Source: a virus
Lineage: Duplodnaviria; Caudoviricetes
Length of the DNA stretch: 26,140 nt
Reading direction: 5' to 3' (one strand)
Virus record (IMG/VR): IMGVR_UViG_3300022178_000090
Location: 1 to 26,140 of that record
A model generated the notes under the pieces. The model had not been told where the DNA came from and made no database searches. It saw only the letters and a list, made by a program, of their open reading frames with translations. The first letter of the stretch is position 1. Every line of letters begins with the position of its first letter. Of this stretch, positions 1 through 8,859 are shown piece by piece. The position numbers and the translations under genes are program-made.

Positions 1-165
1 TGGGTAGACGTAAGAGCCGCCATCGTTCCACAATGTTTCAAAAGAATCACCGACATCACGGTTGAATCCAAAGATGTTTAAAGGCTTTAAGTTGTTGTAA
101 TGACCTCTAGCAACGTCAAGGAAGACGTTGGTTGTTGTCATGTGTTCGTCAAGTTGGTAGGCCAT
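1..165 (-). CDS. Phage hypothetical protein, N-terminal 55 aa (runs off window edge)
   Basis: Manual translation from ATG at 165: MAYQLDEHMTTTNVFLDVARGHYNNLKPLNIFGFNRDVGDSFETLWNDGGSYVYP, open to position 1. AAGAGG SD-like sequence upstream. Not in the ORF track. Confidence 0.75.
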   Translation of the reverse strand, partial: MAYQLDEHMTTTNVFLDVARGHYNNLKPLNIFGFNRDVGDSFETLWNDGGSYVYP

Positions 166-168
166 TGC

Positions 169-231
169 TTATTTCCTCTTTTTCTTATTACGCCCTGAAC
201 GCTCGTTGCGCTTTGGTAGGTCTCTTTTCAT
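169..231 (-). CDS. Very basic 20-aa microprotein (MKRDLPKRNERSGRNKKKRK)
   Basis: ATG overlaps the upstream stop (ATGA at 228-231), AAGGTGA lies just upstream, and the stop is 3 nt before the next ATG, so it fills the gap exactly. Confidence 0.55.
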   Translation of the reverse strand: MKRDLPKRNERSGRNKKKRK

Positions 232-671
232 AATTCACCTTTCGTCGTAATAAGCCAGATGAGTCCAGCAACAATGATTAACCCAGTTACCACCGAGATG
301 ATAATTAGAGCGCCGTTTATCCAAGCCCACACCAATTGTTTGCGTTTGTAGATTGCCAACGCTTTCTCACGTTCGGCTTGGTCTCGCTCACGTTTCTTTT
401 TGGCTTGGTGGGCAAGAAAATCATCGTAGAGCGATGGGCGACCGCAGTATATAAGTAGCGTTTTTAACTCAGCCTCTGCTTCCCGCAGACTTTCCAGCGC
501 CCAGAACTCTTCCGAGTCGCTACCCTTTGCAGATGCCTTCTTTGCTATCTCAGCCTTGAGGCCGAAATACTCGCCTAGCTTTGCACCACAGGCGGCTATC
601 TCTGAACCATTTTGCAGGCTGGTCTTAATGACTGCGAACGCGGCATTAGCCGCCGCCAACTCAAGTAGCAT
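228..671 (-). CDS. Membrane-anchored phage protein (lysis-module candidate)
   Basis: 147 aa with a charged helical middle and a long C-terminal hydrophobic segment (LVWAWINGALIIISVVTGLIIVAGLIWLI). Coupled to the upstream gene (TAATG) and located after the tail fibres. Confidence 0.7.
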   Translation of the reverse strand: MLLELAAANAAFAVIKTSLQNGSEIAACGAKLGEYFGLKAEIAKKASAKGSDSEEFWALESLREAEAELKTLLIYCGRPSLYDDFLAHQAKKKRERDQAEREKALAIYKRKQLVWAWINGALIIISVVTGLIIVAGLIWLITTKGEL

Positions 672-859
672 TATTTAGGCAGAGAGCCGTTTGAGCCAAG
701 CCACATGAATAATCCAACGACAGCCGCGCCCACCATCCACGTCAACTTAGTCAACACCGATTTGCCAACATTCTGATAAATCTTTTGGAACGCACGTTCA
801 GCCGCCTTCTCAGCGATAGCGTCAATCTGTGCGTCAGTTAGTTGGACTTCGTTGGACAT
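671..859 (-). CDS. Small single-TM membrane protein, holin-like candidate
   Basis: 62 aa with C-terminal TM (LTWMVGAAVVGLFMWLG), directly downstream of the tail fibre genes. Holin function is positional inference. Confidence 0.6.
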   Translation of the reverse strand: MSNEVQLTDAQIDAIAEKAAERAFQKIYQNVGKSVLTKLTWMVGAAVVGLFMWLGSNGSLPK

Positions 860-862
860 GGT

Positions 863-1402
863 TTAATTTTCCCAGTTCTGAGCGCTCACAACGGCTATCA
901 GTTGCTCAACATTTTCGCACAACTTAATCGCCGCTTCAAGTCGGTCGGCTTCTGCCACAATCGCCGCACGCTTGGCTACTACGCTATCAGGGATAGCCAC
1001 GTCACGCTCTGCCTTGCGAATCACCATCCAGTCAGTACCCGCCAGCATTGTGCCAGCAGTAGCCTTGACCTGAGCAATCCAGTTGGACTTCAAGCCCTTA
1101 GCGACCAGACGCTCATCGCTGTCCACCATAGCAGGCTCACCATCCACTTCACCCAGCACCTTGACATACATGGGGTTGCCATCTTCGTCGACTTCCTCAC
1201 GGTCTTCTATAGCCTTAGGGTTGTTGATGTCGCCATTCCAGTAGAAGCGGTCGTCAGCACGCGCTGGTTCAGCTTCCCATGTAATACCCAAGGCTAGTCG
1301 AGCAATAGCTGTTGACCTGCGTAACCAGTTACTTGGGTATTGAATGTCCCCCAACGTAAAGGCACGGTCGAGTGGTAGAGGTTTGTTGTTTACTTTGTAC
1401 AT
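863..1402 (-). CDS. Tail fibre assembly/chaperone-like protein
   Basis: 179 aa directly after the fibre gene. C-terminal L..TDW.V.R..E....P....R motif resembles phage tail-fibre assembly chaperones. AAGGA RBS upstream. Confidence 0.6.
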   Translation of the reverse strand: MYKVNNKPLPLDRAFTLGDIQYPSNWLRRSTAIARLALGITWEAEPARADDRFYWNGDINNPKAIEDREEVDEDGNPMYVKVLGEVDGEPAMVDSDERLVAKGLKSNWIAQVKATAGTMLAGTDWMVIRKAERDVAIPDSVVAKRAAIVAEADRLEAAIKLCENVEQLIAVVSAQNWEN

Positions 1403-1411
1403 ATGTTTTCC

Positions 1412-3781
1412 TTATCGTGCGAGGGAATTTTTGAATGGGTTTTCAGCGAAGGCCATGTAGATGTATGTACCGCCGCTTGCGTTTTGGTCTACTCCAGCTC
1501 TGGTGTTTTTGAAGCCGTTTGAAAGCAAATCGTAGGTATCAACTCCACCGTATTCTTTGTTGGCAAGATGAGGGTATAAATACGGGTCGTCTGGGTTGTA
1601 TGCTCCCCTAGTTGAATCAAATAGGTGCCACCCTCCAGCAGAGTCAGAACGCTTCGTTAGCAGATAAGCGGGCCTAAATCCCAGATACACAAAAGTCCCG
1701 TCTGAGGAACCATTGCCCGTGTAGCTACCGAACTTGCTATACCCTTCTACTTCGGCGAAACAGTAGGCTACATAATCGTAAGTTGATTGATTTACTGAGT
1801 TTTCGTTGCCTAAAGTAAACACCGTGCTTGAAGGGTTTGTGTTATTCCAAACTGTGCTTCCAGTTTGGTCTCTGAGTGCTTGATCAAGGTATATAAATTT
1901 TGTACCCCCCAACTCACCGTGATACACAAACCAACTTCTGGCAATCCCATTCGGCGTTCCTCTAGCTTTAACAATCACCATTTTAGGCTCTGCCCCAAGC
2001 GAGTGAGCAACGGTTGCCCCGCTAGTTGAGTTACCCGTATAAGTCACAATGCTAAAACCAGCGTCTTGGTTCACCGACCCCACGCTTGCAATTGTTGCGC
2101 CGTTAGTCCCCGCGTCGTTGCTAAAGGCTGTGCCAGCTTTCCAGTTCCAAGCTACCATACTATCGCCTGACGCATTTAACTGATAGACATTAGAGCCAAG
2201 CGTAAAGCCGTCAGTATTAAATCCCGTTAGCTCCCCACCAGTAAGTTCTTGGGTTGTGCCATTAGTAAGAAGCATATTACCAGCACCGCGCACAGAATCA
2301 TATAAGTTGTGGTTTCTAACATTAGTTCTGCTTTTACCCCAAACAAAGTCAGGCTGGAATTCAAGACCAGTTATGCTCTGACCTGTACCATTACCCGTGT
2401 AAGTCAGCACATCAAAATACTCACTCCCATCCACAATTGCGCTGTCTGGCAAGTTACCCGTGTGTAAGGGCAAGAAGCCTGTGGGTGGCGTGTAGGCGAA
2501 TGGGCGTTGACCGAAGTTCCAATTTGATGTGCTGTTAATGTGACCAGTTGCAAAGTAAAATTCACCAGCAGTTAAACCTGAATTAGCGGCTGTATAAAAC
2601 TGAGTTTGTAAGGTGTTGTTTTTGTAAAATTTAATTGTTAAATTATCAACGTCAAGTTCAATACCAATCACATCTCCGGTAGTAAATCCTGCTTGTGTTG
2701 GAGTAAGTTGGGTGCTGTTGTAATACAAGCCGCCATCACTGTTGTAAGCCCAAGTGTTTGCTTGAAAACCCAAACGTGATGTGGGCGAATAACCGAGTTT
2801 TGCAATACCACAAGTACCAGCATAAGTGTTTGACCCAACAGTCATTTCGGCATACCATTTGCCAGAAGTTACTCCAATAGACGAAACAGTAGTTACAAAA
2901 GCACCAACCTCCGTCATAGTCAAATTAGCGTTAGATAAGGTTACTGTGCTACCTAATGACAACGGATTCAACACAGCATAATTTCCACCGTCTGCATAAA
3001 TCGTAGGCGTGTCTGTCATGCTGTCGTAAGTAACACCAGCCGTCAGCGAGATGCCGTTGGGTGTCCAGTCGTTACCGTTGCCACTTGAGTCAGCCGCCAA
3101 GGTTGTCGTGGTCGTTGCATCGCTAAAGGGCAGGTAGAAGCCGTTTGTGCCGTATGTGCCTTCGTAGGCGGCTGGTTGCCATACGCCTGTGTCTTCGTTG
3201 TACTCACCAAAGGCGGATGCGTCTAGGGCTTGTCCGTCAATGTTGTGCACCTCGGTCATGTAACCATCCCAGTACGCAGATAGCCCATCATCACCTCGTG
3301 CTCCAATGTATTGTGCAACCGTGTTATTCCAATCCGTGTTAAAGTTCTGAGAGGGGTAAGTAGATGACGAAAAAGAAGTTACTTGTACTCCGTTGACATA
3401 CAGTTTTACACGGTTTGCGGCGGTTGCTTGGGTAGTATCAAATGCAATAACAATGTGATACCACGCAGAAGGGTCACGATATAGAGCACGAGTTACTAAA
3501 TATATAGAAGTGCCTCCTCCAGCAACTATTTCAATATCAGCGGGTGTGCTGTTGATATAAACAGTTCCTTGAGAGCCGAACCCAAACAAAGCAGTTCTTG
3601 TTGTAACAGACCCACGCTTAACCCAACCACTCCATGTCCAAGTCTTGCGGTTTCCAGCGGATGCAGGAGTCCTACTCAGGTAAGCAGACGCACTTGAGCG
3701 AAAGCGCAGGGAGTTCTCAATGGTGTAGCCCCCACCTTGACCCGATGCGCCCGCTAGTATGTTTGAACCAATAATACTCAT
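1412..3781 (-). CDS. Tail fibre / receptor-binding protein (ConA-like LamG domain, SPRY-like domain, YTGNG-repeat C-terminus)
   Basis: About 789 aa, G/T/S/N-rich. WTWSGWVKR...WYHIV...LYVNG is LamG-like, SGKWYAEM...GDVIGIELD is SPRY-like, and YTGN occurs three times. Start moved to ATG 3781 because it overlaps the upstream stop (ATGA). Confidence 0.85.
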   Translation of the reverse strand: MSIIGSNILAGASGQGGGYTIENSLRFRSSASAYLSRTPASAGNRKTWTWSGWVKRGSVTTRTALFGFGSQGTVYINSTPADIEIVAGGGTSIYLVTRALYRDPSAWYHIVIAFDTTQATAANRVKLYVNGVQVTSFSSSTYPSQNFNTDWNNTVAQYIGARGDDGLSAYWDGYMTEVHNIDGQALDASAFGEYNEDTGVWQPAAYEGTYGTNGFYLPFSDATTTTTLAADSSGNGNDWTPNGISLTAGVTYDSMTDTPTIYADGGNYAVLNPLSLGSTVTLSNANLTMTEVGAFVTTVSSIGVTSGKWYAEMTVGSNTYAGTCGIAKLGYSPTSRLGFQANTWAYNSDGGLYYNSTQLTPTQAGFTTGDVIGIELDVDNLTIKFYKNNTLQTQFYTAANSGLTAGEFYFATGHINSTSNWNFGQRPFAYTPPTGFLPLHTGNLPDSAIVDGSEYFDVLTYTGNGTGQSITGLEFQPDFVWGKSRTNVRNHNLYDSVRGAGNMLLTNGTTQELTGGELTGFNTDGFTLGSNVYQLNASGDSMVAWNWKAGTAFSNDAGTNGATIASVGSVNQDAGFSIVTYTGNSTSGATVAHSLGAEPKMVIVKARGTPNGIARSWFVYHGELGGTKFIYLDQALRDQTGSTVWNNTNPSSTVFTLGNENSVNQSTYDYVAYCFAEVEGYSKFGSYTGNGSSDGTFVYLGFRPAYLLTKRSDSAGGWHLFDSTRGAYNPDDPYLYPHLANKEYGGVDTYDLLSNGFKNTRAGVDQNASGGTYIYMAFAENPFKNSLAR

Positions 3782-4401
3782 CGCTTGTAATCTCCAGTCC
3801 ACACAGCATGGATTTCGCTTGCACCTTTAACAATGTAGTCAACACGGTCAACAGCGTCACCAGCCGTGCTTAGGGTGGGTACAGTACCCGTAGCAAACTT
3901 CCACGCTGTATTCCAGCCTAATATGTTGCCGCCCCCTGAATCTTGCACGATAAAGATTGAACCACTCTGACCAGCCACCGCATTGGTTGGCGCGCCTACG
4001 GCTGTCGCCGTGCCCGTTAGCGTGACCGTGAAGTTGTTACTCAAGGCCAAGTCAACCGCGATTGTGGCGGTCTCGGATAGCGTAGCAACAGCACCGCGTT
4101 GGGCGGCTGTAAAGGTCTGCACGGCATCGCTTACGATGACCTTGGCTAACTCTACGCTGTCAATGTATGTAACCGCATCGGTTGTCTGGTCAAACGTGGC
4201 AAGGCTAATCCAAGCGTCATTGTCCTCATTGCGAACCTTGAGGATGTGGTTTGTTGTGTCCATCCATAATTGATTGGCATAAGGTACGCTTGGAGCGCTT
4301 GCGCCGCTAGATGTGGATGCAATAGCGCCCAAAGCATCATTTAAGTCTGCTCGGAAAGCGGGAAAGCCTTGATTGGCGATGGAAAAGTCGTGCTGTGCCA
4401 T
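3778..4401 (-). CDS. Proximal tail fibre / fibre adaptor protein
   Basis: 207 aa. N-terminal MAQHD...NQ.FPAFRADLN.AL and C-terminal GQSG.I.IVQD..G...W...KF..GT.PTLST...D resemble phage tail-fibre modules. GGAG RBS. Confidence 0.75.
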   Translation of the reverse strand: MAQHDFSIANQGFPAFRADLNDALGAIASTSSGASAPSVPYANQLWMDTTNHILKVRNEDNDAWISLATFDQTTDAVTYIDSVELAKVIVSDAVQTFTAAQRGAVATLSETATIAVDLALSNNFTVTLTGTATAVGAPTNAVAGQSGSIFIVQDSGGGNILGWNTAWKFATGTVPTLSTAGDAVDRVDYIVKGASEIHAVWTGDYKR

Positions 4402-4409
4402 TTTTACTC

Positions 4410-7295
4410 CTATGCGGTGGCTAATTCGCCATAACCTTTGGCGACATAATCGAATGTGCGGCTAACCGCTGAACCGCCTGAGTTTCTAAATGTAATTGTA
4501 AACCCAGACGCTGATTTTGAGGTGATTTCGTAGTAGTCGCCTTGCGCTAAATTCTCGGCGGCAATTGCTACGGCTGGCGTCTGTTTAAACGCTTTACCAT
4601 AGGTCACAACATAGGCTCCAGCACCACTCGCAAGATTGTCCCCAGAGATAACTCGATCAGGCATATCAATGCTGACGCTCAAAGCCTCCAATTGAGGGCT
4701 AGACTCGCCTGATTTGCTGGTAAGAACCGCTTTAAACTTAAATGCGCGTGCCTTGTAGTCCCCAACAAAGAATTGCCGCCAATCACTCCAAACTGGGTCG
4801 CCAGCAGGGTCATCCTCTGTCGTTGAGATATAAAGAATAACGTTTGTATCGCCGTAGCTATTCGGGTCGCCATCAAACAAGCCAACTCTTTCATCAAAGT
4901 TGCCTGTCGCATCGTCAAACAAATTAACGTAATCCAATCTGGTTACGGTTATATTTGATGTAACTCGGCTGGTGTAAACCTGAGACAAATCAAAATAATT
5001 GGCAAACTCGTAGGTTCCAGTTGTTGAAACGCTACCTCCACCACCATCGAAGTCGCCATCAGCGTCGTCAAACAGCCCTGTAATGTCATCAAAGTCTGTG
5101 GAGGTATCCAAGACTAGGTAGCCTTCTTCTGTGACGCTACACTCGGTTTTAGAGCCTGAGAACAATGGGCTTTCTGTGATTGCCTCAACTACATTGAGGT
5201 CTTTAATGCCTTCAATGATTGCCACGGTTGAGGTTGATTGCAAGGATTCGTTGCCCAGCTTGTCAATTGCCTTGATAAAGTACGTCCCCGTCATAGCGGG
5301 AGCAATGGCAAATGTAGCGGGGCGAGATACCTTGGGAATTAGATCAACAGCGTTGGCATAGTTAGCCCCAACCGTTTCACGCGCATGACGAATCCGATAG
5401 TGCGACAAATCAAGGTCAGGCACAGGAGTCCAAGTCAGATAAGCCTGCGTGCCAATAATGTTGATTGTGAAGTCGCTTATGTTCTGAGGCGGCGCTGTCT
5501 TTCCAATGACCTCATGGTTTTCATAAGACCATTCAGACGTAATCCCAAGTATGTTGATTGACCGAGCGCGAATGTTATACAAAGCGCCATCAATGACGTT
5601 AGCCAATTGGAACGTGTTGCCAGATGCCTGACCAAGGTTTAGCCACTCGGTTTCAGTTGATGGCTTTGCCTGTACTTCGTATCGATCTTGAAATGTAGCT
5701 GTGCCAGTCAAAGTGGCGACCAATTTAGTCACAATCGTTTCGGCATTGATCTCAAGAGTGTCTGTGCTGAGTATCGATGGCGGCGTTAAGTTGAAGACGC
5801 TTGGCAGACTTGTATTTGGCGCTGGGTCGTAAGGCGACTCCTCACTTGTTGCCCAGTCATAGACGTTTGATGCCACTTCACGCAACTCAAGATCAACCCC
5901 AAGAATCTCACCAAATGAGATTTGAGACCCAACCACCTCAAAAGGCTTGTTTGACCAACCCATTCTTGTGTTGTTAATTTGCACAATATCACCGACTTGA
6001 GCCTTGAGGCCAGTTAGCTTCATTGGCAAGGACGTTGTAATCTGCTGTCGTGCGCGTAGCAATTCAATCTTTGCCAAGCGTTGCGCCATGCTTGCTGATG
6101 TAGTCCAAGGCAACTCAATTGACTTGAGGTTTTCTTCGCCGTTGTCTTGAGCCACAAACGTGGTTGATGTAATCGCTGGGAAGTCGGTTACAACATAGTT
6201 GTCAGCAGGCGATAAGAATACGCCCTTTACGCCGTTGAAACTCTCACGGCGGCTAACCAATGACTGAACTCGAAAACCACCTCTTAGATCGTTTTCGTTA
6301 AAGGACAATGTTGGTGTGTAGTAAGCCCCAGCCAAGATGCGCCAAACGCCACCAGACCAAATGCACCTGCCAGCCATTGAGGAAACAATTTGATTGATTA
6401 CGTCTTCTGGCTTGCTTGATGTTGGGAATGCGCCGTTAGCCTCATATCTGTTTTCAGTCCCGCCTGCGACAAGTGACACATCCTCATCGCAGATATTGGC
6501 GGCGGCGGCTAATGAAGTCTCATCAATCTCTGTGGCGTAATCAGCGCCCATGCCGTACTTGGTATTTGTTAAGTAATCAGATAAGCAAAGGGCTGGGTTT
6601 GCTGACCAAACAGTTGTCTCGGTGCGTGGGTCATAAACCTTTTTGCCGCGAATCAATGCCGAAACGTTAGGCATACCGTTGTAATAGACGTTTTGATCGT
6701 ACTCAAGGCGAACGTAAAGCAAAGCGCGACCGCGAACACGATGGTTTGCAGTCCATTTGCCAGCAGACTCAGCCACTAGGTCATCAAAAGCCGTTTGATC
6801 GGCAGTACCCAGCTTGTACTTAATCCGAGCCTTATTAGCATATTGCCCAGAGGTTACGTTGCCTGAGCCATCAATGACTACCTCATCCTCATTGAAGTAA
6901 ATCTTCTCTACGCCATCAATCTCATGCCCAGTAAGGGCAATGACCATGTGGAGATACTTGTTTGAGTTTGTTGACTCAAGATAAAGAATCGTGCCGCCCA
7001 ACCGAGTGCGACCATAGGTAATAACGTGAGGTGCAATTGGTTGCCTTGACGTGACAGTCCTGTCTTGCAGGGTGATTGAGCCGCCGCCTATCGTTGGCTT
7101 TTTTGCCAATGCCGCCGAAACCCCGCTGAGAACTAATGAGGTTACAAAACTGGTAGCAAAGTAAGCGGTTGCACCCGTCAAAGCCAAACTACCAACGGCA
7201 AATGTGGCAGAACCAACAGCCGCAAGACCAACCACCATGCCGACACCAGTAGCGACTGCGGCGACAACTAAGGCGGCTTTAACGTACTTTGCCAT
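4410..7295 (-). CDS. Tail tip / host-specificity protein (lambda J-like, Fn3-like domains)
   Basis: 961 aa. Hydrophobic N-terminus, YGRTRLGG, GKKVYDPR, WSANPALCL.DYL, MAQRLAKI.L motifs typical of siphophage tip-attachment proteins, with beta-rich Fn3-like segments. Confidence 0.88.
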   Translation of the reverse strand: MAKYVKAALVVAAVATGVGMVVGLAAVGSATFAVGSLALTGATAYFATSFVTSLVLSGVSAALAKKPTIGGGSITLQDRTVTSRQPIAPHVITYGRTRLGGTILYLESTNSNKYLHMVIALTGHEIDGVEKIYFNEDEVVIDGSGNVTSGQYANKARIKYKLGTADQTAFDDLVAESAGKWTANHRVRGRALLYVRLEYDQNVYYNGMPNVSALIRGKKVYDPRTETTVWSANPALCLSDYLTNTKYGMGADYATEIDETSLAAAANICDEDVSLVAGGTENRYEANGAFPTSSKPEDVINQIVSSMAGRCIWSGGVWRILAGAYYTPTLSFNENDLRGGFRVQSLVSRRESFNGVKGVFLSPADNYVVTDFPAITSTTFVAQDNGEENLKSIELPWTTSASMAQRLAKIELLRARQQITTSLPMKLTGLKAQVGDIVQINNTRMGWSNKPFEVVGSQISFGEILGVDLELREVASNVYDWATSEESPYDPAPNTSLPSVFNLTPPSILSTDTLEINAETIVTKLVATLTGTATFQDRYEVQAKPSTETEWLNLGQASGNTFQLANVIDGALYNIRARSINILGITSEWSYENHEVIGKTAPPQNISDFTINIIGTQAYLTWTPVPDLDLSHYRIRHARETVGANYANAVDLIPKVSRPATFAIAPAMTGTYFIKAIDKLGNESLQSTSTVAIIEGIKDLNVVEAITESPLFSGSKTECSVTEEGYLVLDTSTDFDDITGLFDDADGDFDGGGGSVSTTGTYEFANYFDLSQVYTSRVTSNITVTRLDYVNLFDDATGNFDERVGLFDGDPNSYGDTNVILYISTTEDDPAGDPVWSDWRQFFVGDYKARAFKFKAVLTSKSGESSPQLEALSVSIDMPDRVISGDNLASGAGAYVVTYGKAFKQTPAVAIAAENLAQGDYYEITSKSASGFTITFRNSGGSAVSRTFDYVAKGYGELATA

Positions 7296-7685
7296 TTATA
7301 TGCTCCAAGCGTTGATTGCTTCTCGCATTGAGATAAGAACCAATCCAGTTTCTGTGACCACAGCCATTTTATCGCCGACACAGACGCCAAGGGCTAAATC
7401 ATCGCCAGATTTAACCAGCACAGCATCGCCGCGTTTAGCCAAAAGAGGCTTTTTAGGCTCTCCAAATGAGTTAATAGCAACACCTTCGACGCCACCATAC
7501 TTTAAAAGCCTTCTAGCGGCTCCCTTAGACGTTTTATATCCACGGTAAGGCTTGGCGTAGTCCACGCCAGAAATCGCCTCTGCGACCCTAAAAACGAACA
7601 TACAGCAATCGTTTGTGCCCCACTCAAAAGCGCCAGTTTCCTCTAACGCTTTATTGAGTTTGAATTCCCAGCCCTCTAGCCTCAT
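7296..7685 (-). CDS. Tail tip NlpC/P60-like protein (DUF6950-like)
   Basis: 129 aa from ATG 7685 (ATGA overlap). F.WG..DCC.F motif and A.RGD...LGVC.G; standard position before the tip protein. Confidence 0.75.
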   Translation of the reverse strand: MRLEGWEFKLNKALEETGAFEWGTNDCCMFVFRVAEAISGVDYAKPYRGYKTSKGAARRLLKYGGVEGVAINSFGEPKKPLLAKRGDAVLVKSGDDLALGVCVGDKMAVVTETGLVLISMREAINAWSI

Positions 7686-8239
7686 GAGCGACCCCATGTA
7701 AGCGTAACTTCTTTCATCGCTGGTACGAACTCGCAACCCAAGTCTCCATCGTACTCGCGCTGTTGCTCCTCATTGGTAAACCGCGACTCCCTTGAGCGTT
7801 GCAGGTTTATCAGACGCGACTCGTAGGTAACAGAAATAGTGGATGTTTCGCCTTCTTCTTGAATGGCTGGAATATCTAACTTGCCCTCAAATATCATTGT
7901 AGGGTCAGCAATCACACCGCTTTCGTCTAAAAAGCCCAGATAAACCTTGCCTGACTTACCTTGCTCTGATTCCTGCAAGGCCAAAGAAATCAATTCAGAC
8001 GGTATGCCATTCATCGTGACTGTGATGCCATTGGCCTGTATCTCGCTTGTCTCTTGAACGGCTGAGATGCCCATCAAGTTACCGACACCAGTCCAAGTGC
8101 GGGCATCCCAAACAATGTCACCGTAACCAGACCACATCCTGACGTAGCCAGAAGAAAACAGCCCCTCAAATAGCAAAAAAGGCTGAACTTGCGTAGCCTC
8201 AATTGCTGTCTGTACGCCTGACGTTAAATCTCTACTCAT
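7682..8239 (-). CDS. Minor tail protein (hub / lambda L-like)
   Basis: 185 aa between the distal tail protein and the NlpC-like gene. R.WSG.G....W.G.G and RFT.EEQ...Y.GD.G.EFV motifs. Confidence 0.75.
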   Translation of the reverse strand: MSRDLTSGVQTAIEATQVQPFLLFEGLFSSGYVRMWSGYGDIVWDARTWTGVGNLMGISAVQETSEIQANGITVTMNGIPSELISLALQESEQGKSGKVYLGFLDESGVIADPTMIFEGKLDIPAIQEEGETSTISVTYESRLINLQRSRESRFTNEEQQREYDGDLGCEFVPAMKEVTLTWGRS

Positions 8240-8856
8240 AAAGCCTCCGCACAGGCAAAGGTCATGCCGTAAATACTCATGTTGTCAATGGAATATTCTG
8301 TTTCGTTACTGACCAACCGCCACAAACCTTGCGTGTTGCTTACAGTAAGTGCGGCATCATCATCTGGTGATGAGCGTAAGTTAGGGAATATGTTGATGGT
8401 CGCATTGCCAGAACCGTCGCTGTTTACGTCATCCAGTACTTTGTAAAGGCGTGTGGTTGACCCAGAGCCTAACTGAATCCAGTCTCCAGCCTTTAGGATG
8501 CCTGTGGTGCTGATTGTCCAGCCATCGGTGATTAACTCATCGCCTGTCTGTGATGCACCGTTTACCAATGGCGTACCTGTACCAACCCCACGGGTAGATG
8601 GATTGGCTTTGTCGCCCAACAAGAACGTGCCATATTGACCATTCATTTTCAGCAAGAAAGCAATTACTTGCTCAGCATCTGCACGCTTCATAGGCGGCAA
8701 AGAGACTTCAGCCTCCCACCATTGACCCTGATGCTTGTAAACCTGTTGCTGTCCCGTAAATGGCGAAGCGTTAACCCCAACAACGGTACGCGCCCGAATG
8801 TTTAGGTTTGCAAAGCCAATGCTTGCTGGAAATGAGACAGGATATGTAATAGCCAT
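8236..8856 (-). CDS. Distal tail protein (Dit-like)
   Basis: 206 aa immediately after the tape measure. SPFTGQQQV...GQWW.A...LPPM pattern. Confidence 0.75.
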   Translation of the reverse strand: MAITYPVSFPASIGFANLNIRARTVVGVNASPFTGQQQVYKHQGQWWEAEVSLPPMKRADAEQVIAFLLKMNGQYGTFLLGDKANPSTRGVGTGTPLVNGASQTGDELITDGWTISTTGILKAGDWIQLGSGSTTRLYKVLDDVNSDGSGNATINIFPNLRSSPDDDAALTVSNTQGLWRLVSNETEYSIDNMSIYGMTFACAEAL

Positions 8857-8859
8857 TTT

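Noticed and set aside
228-859. Complete lysis cassette
   Set aside because: Only membrane proteins are seen; no endolysin or spanin motif within the window, so lysis roles stay tentative.
842-1297. 151-aa plus-strand ORF
   Set aside because: Antisense to the fibre chaperone gene, with no recognisable motif or RBS.
1412-2420. YTGN repeats in the fibre as a possible diversity-generating retroelement target or invertible cassette
   Set aside because: Repeats are at protein level only. No template/variable repeat pair, reverse transcriptase or invertase is seen in the window.
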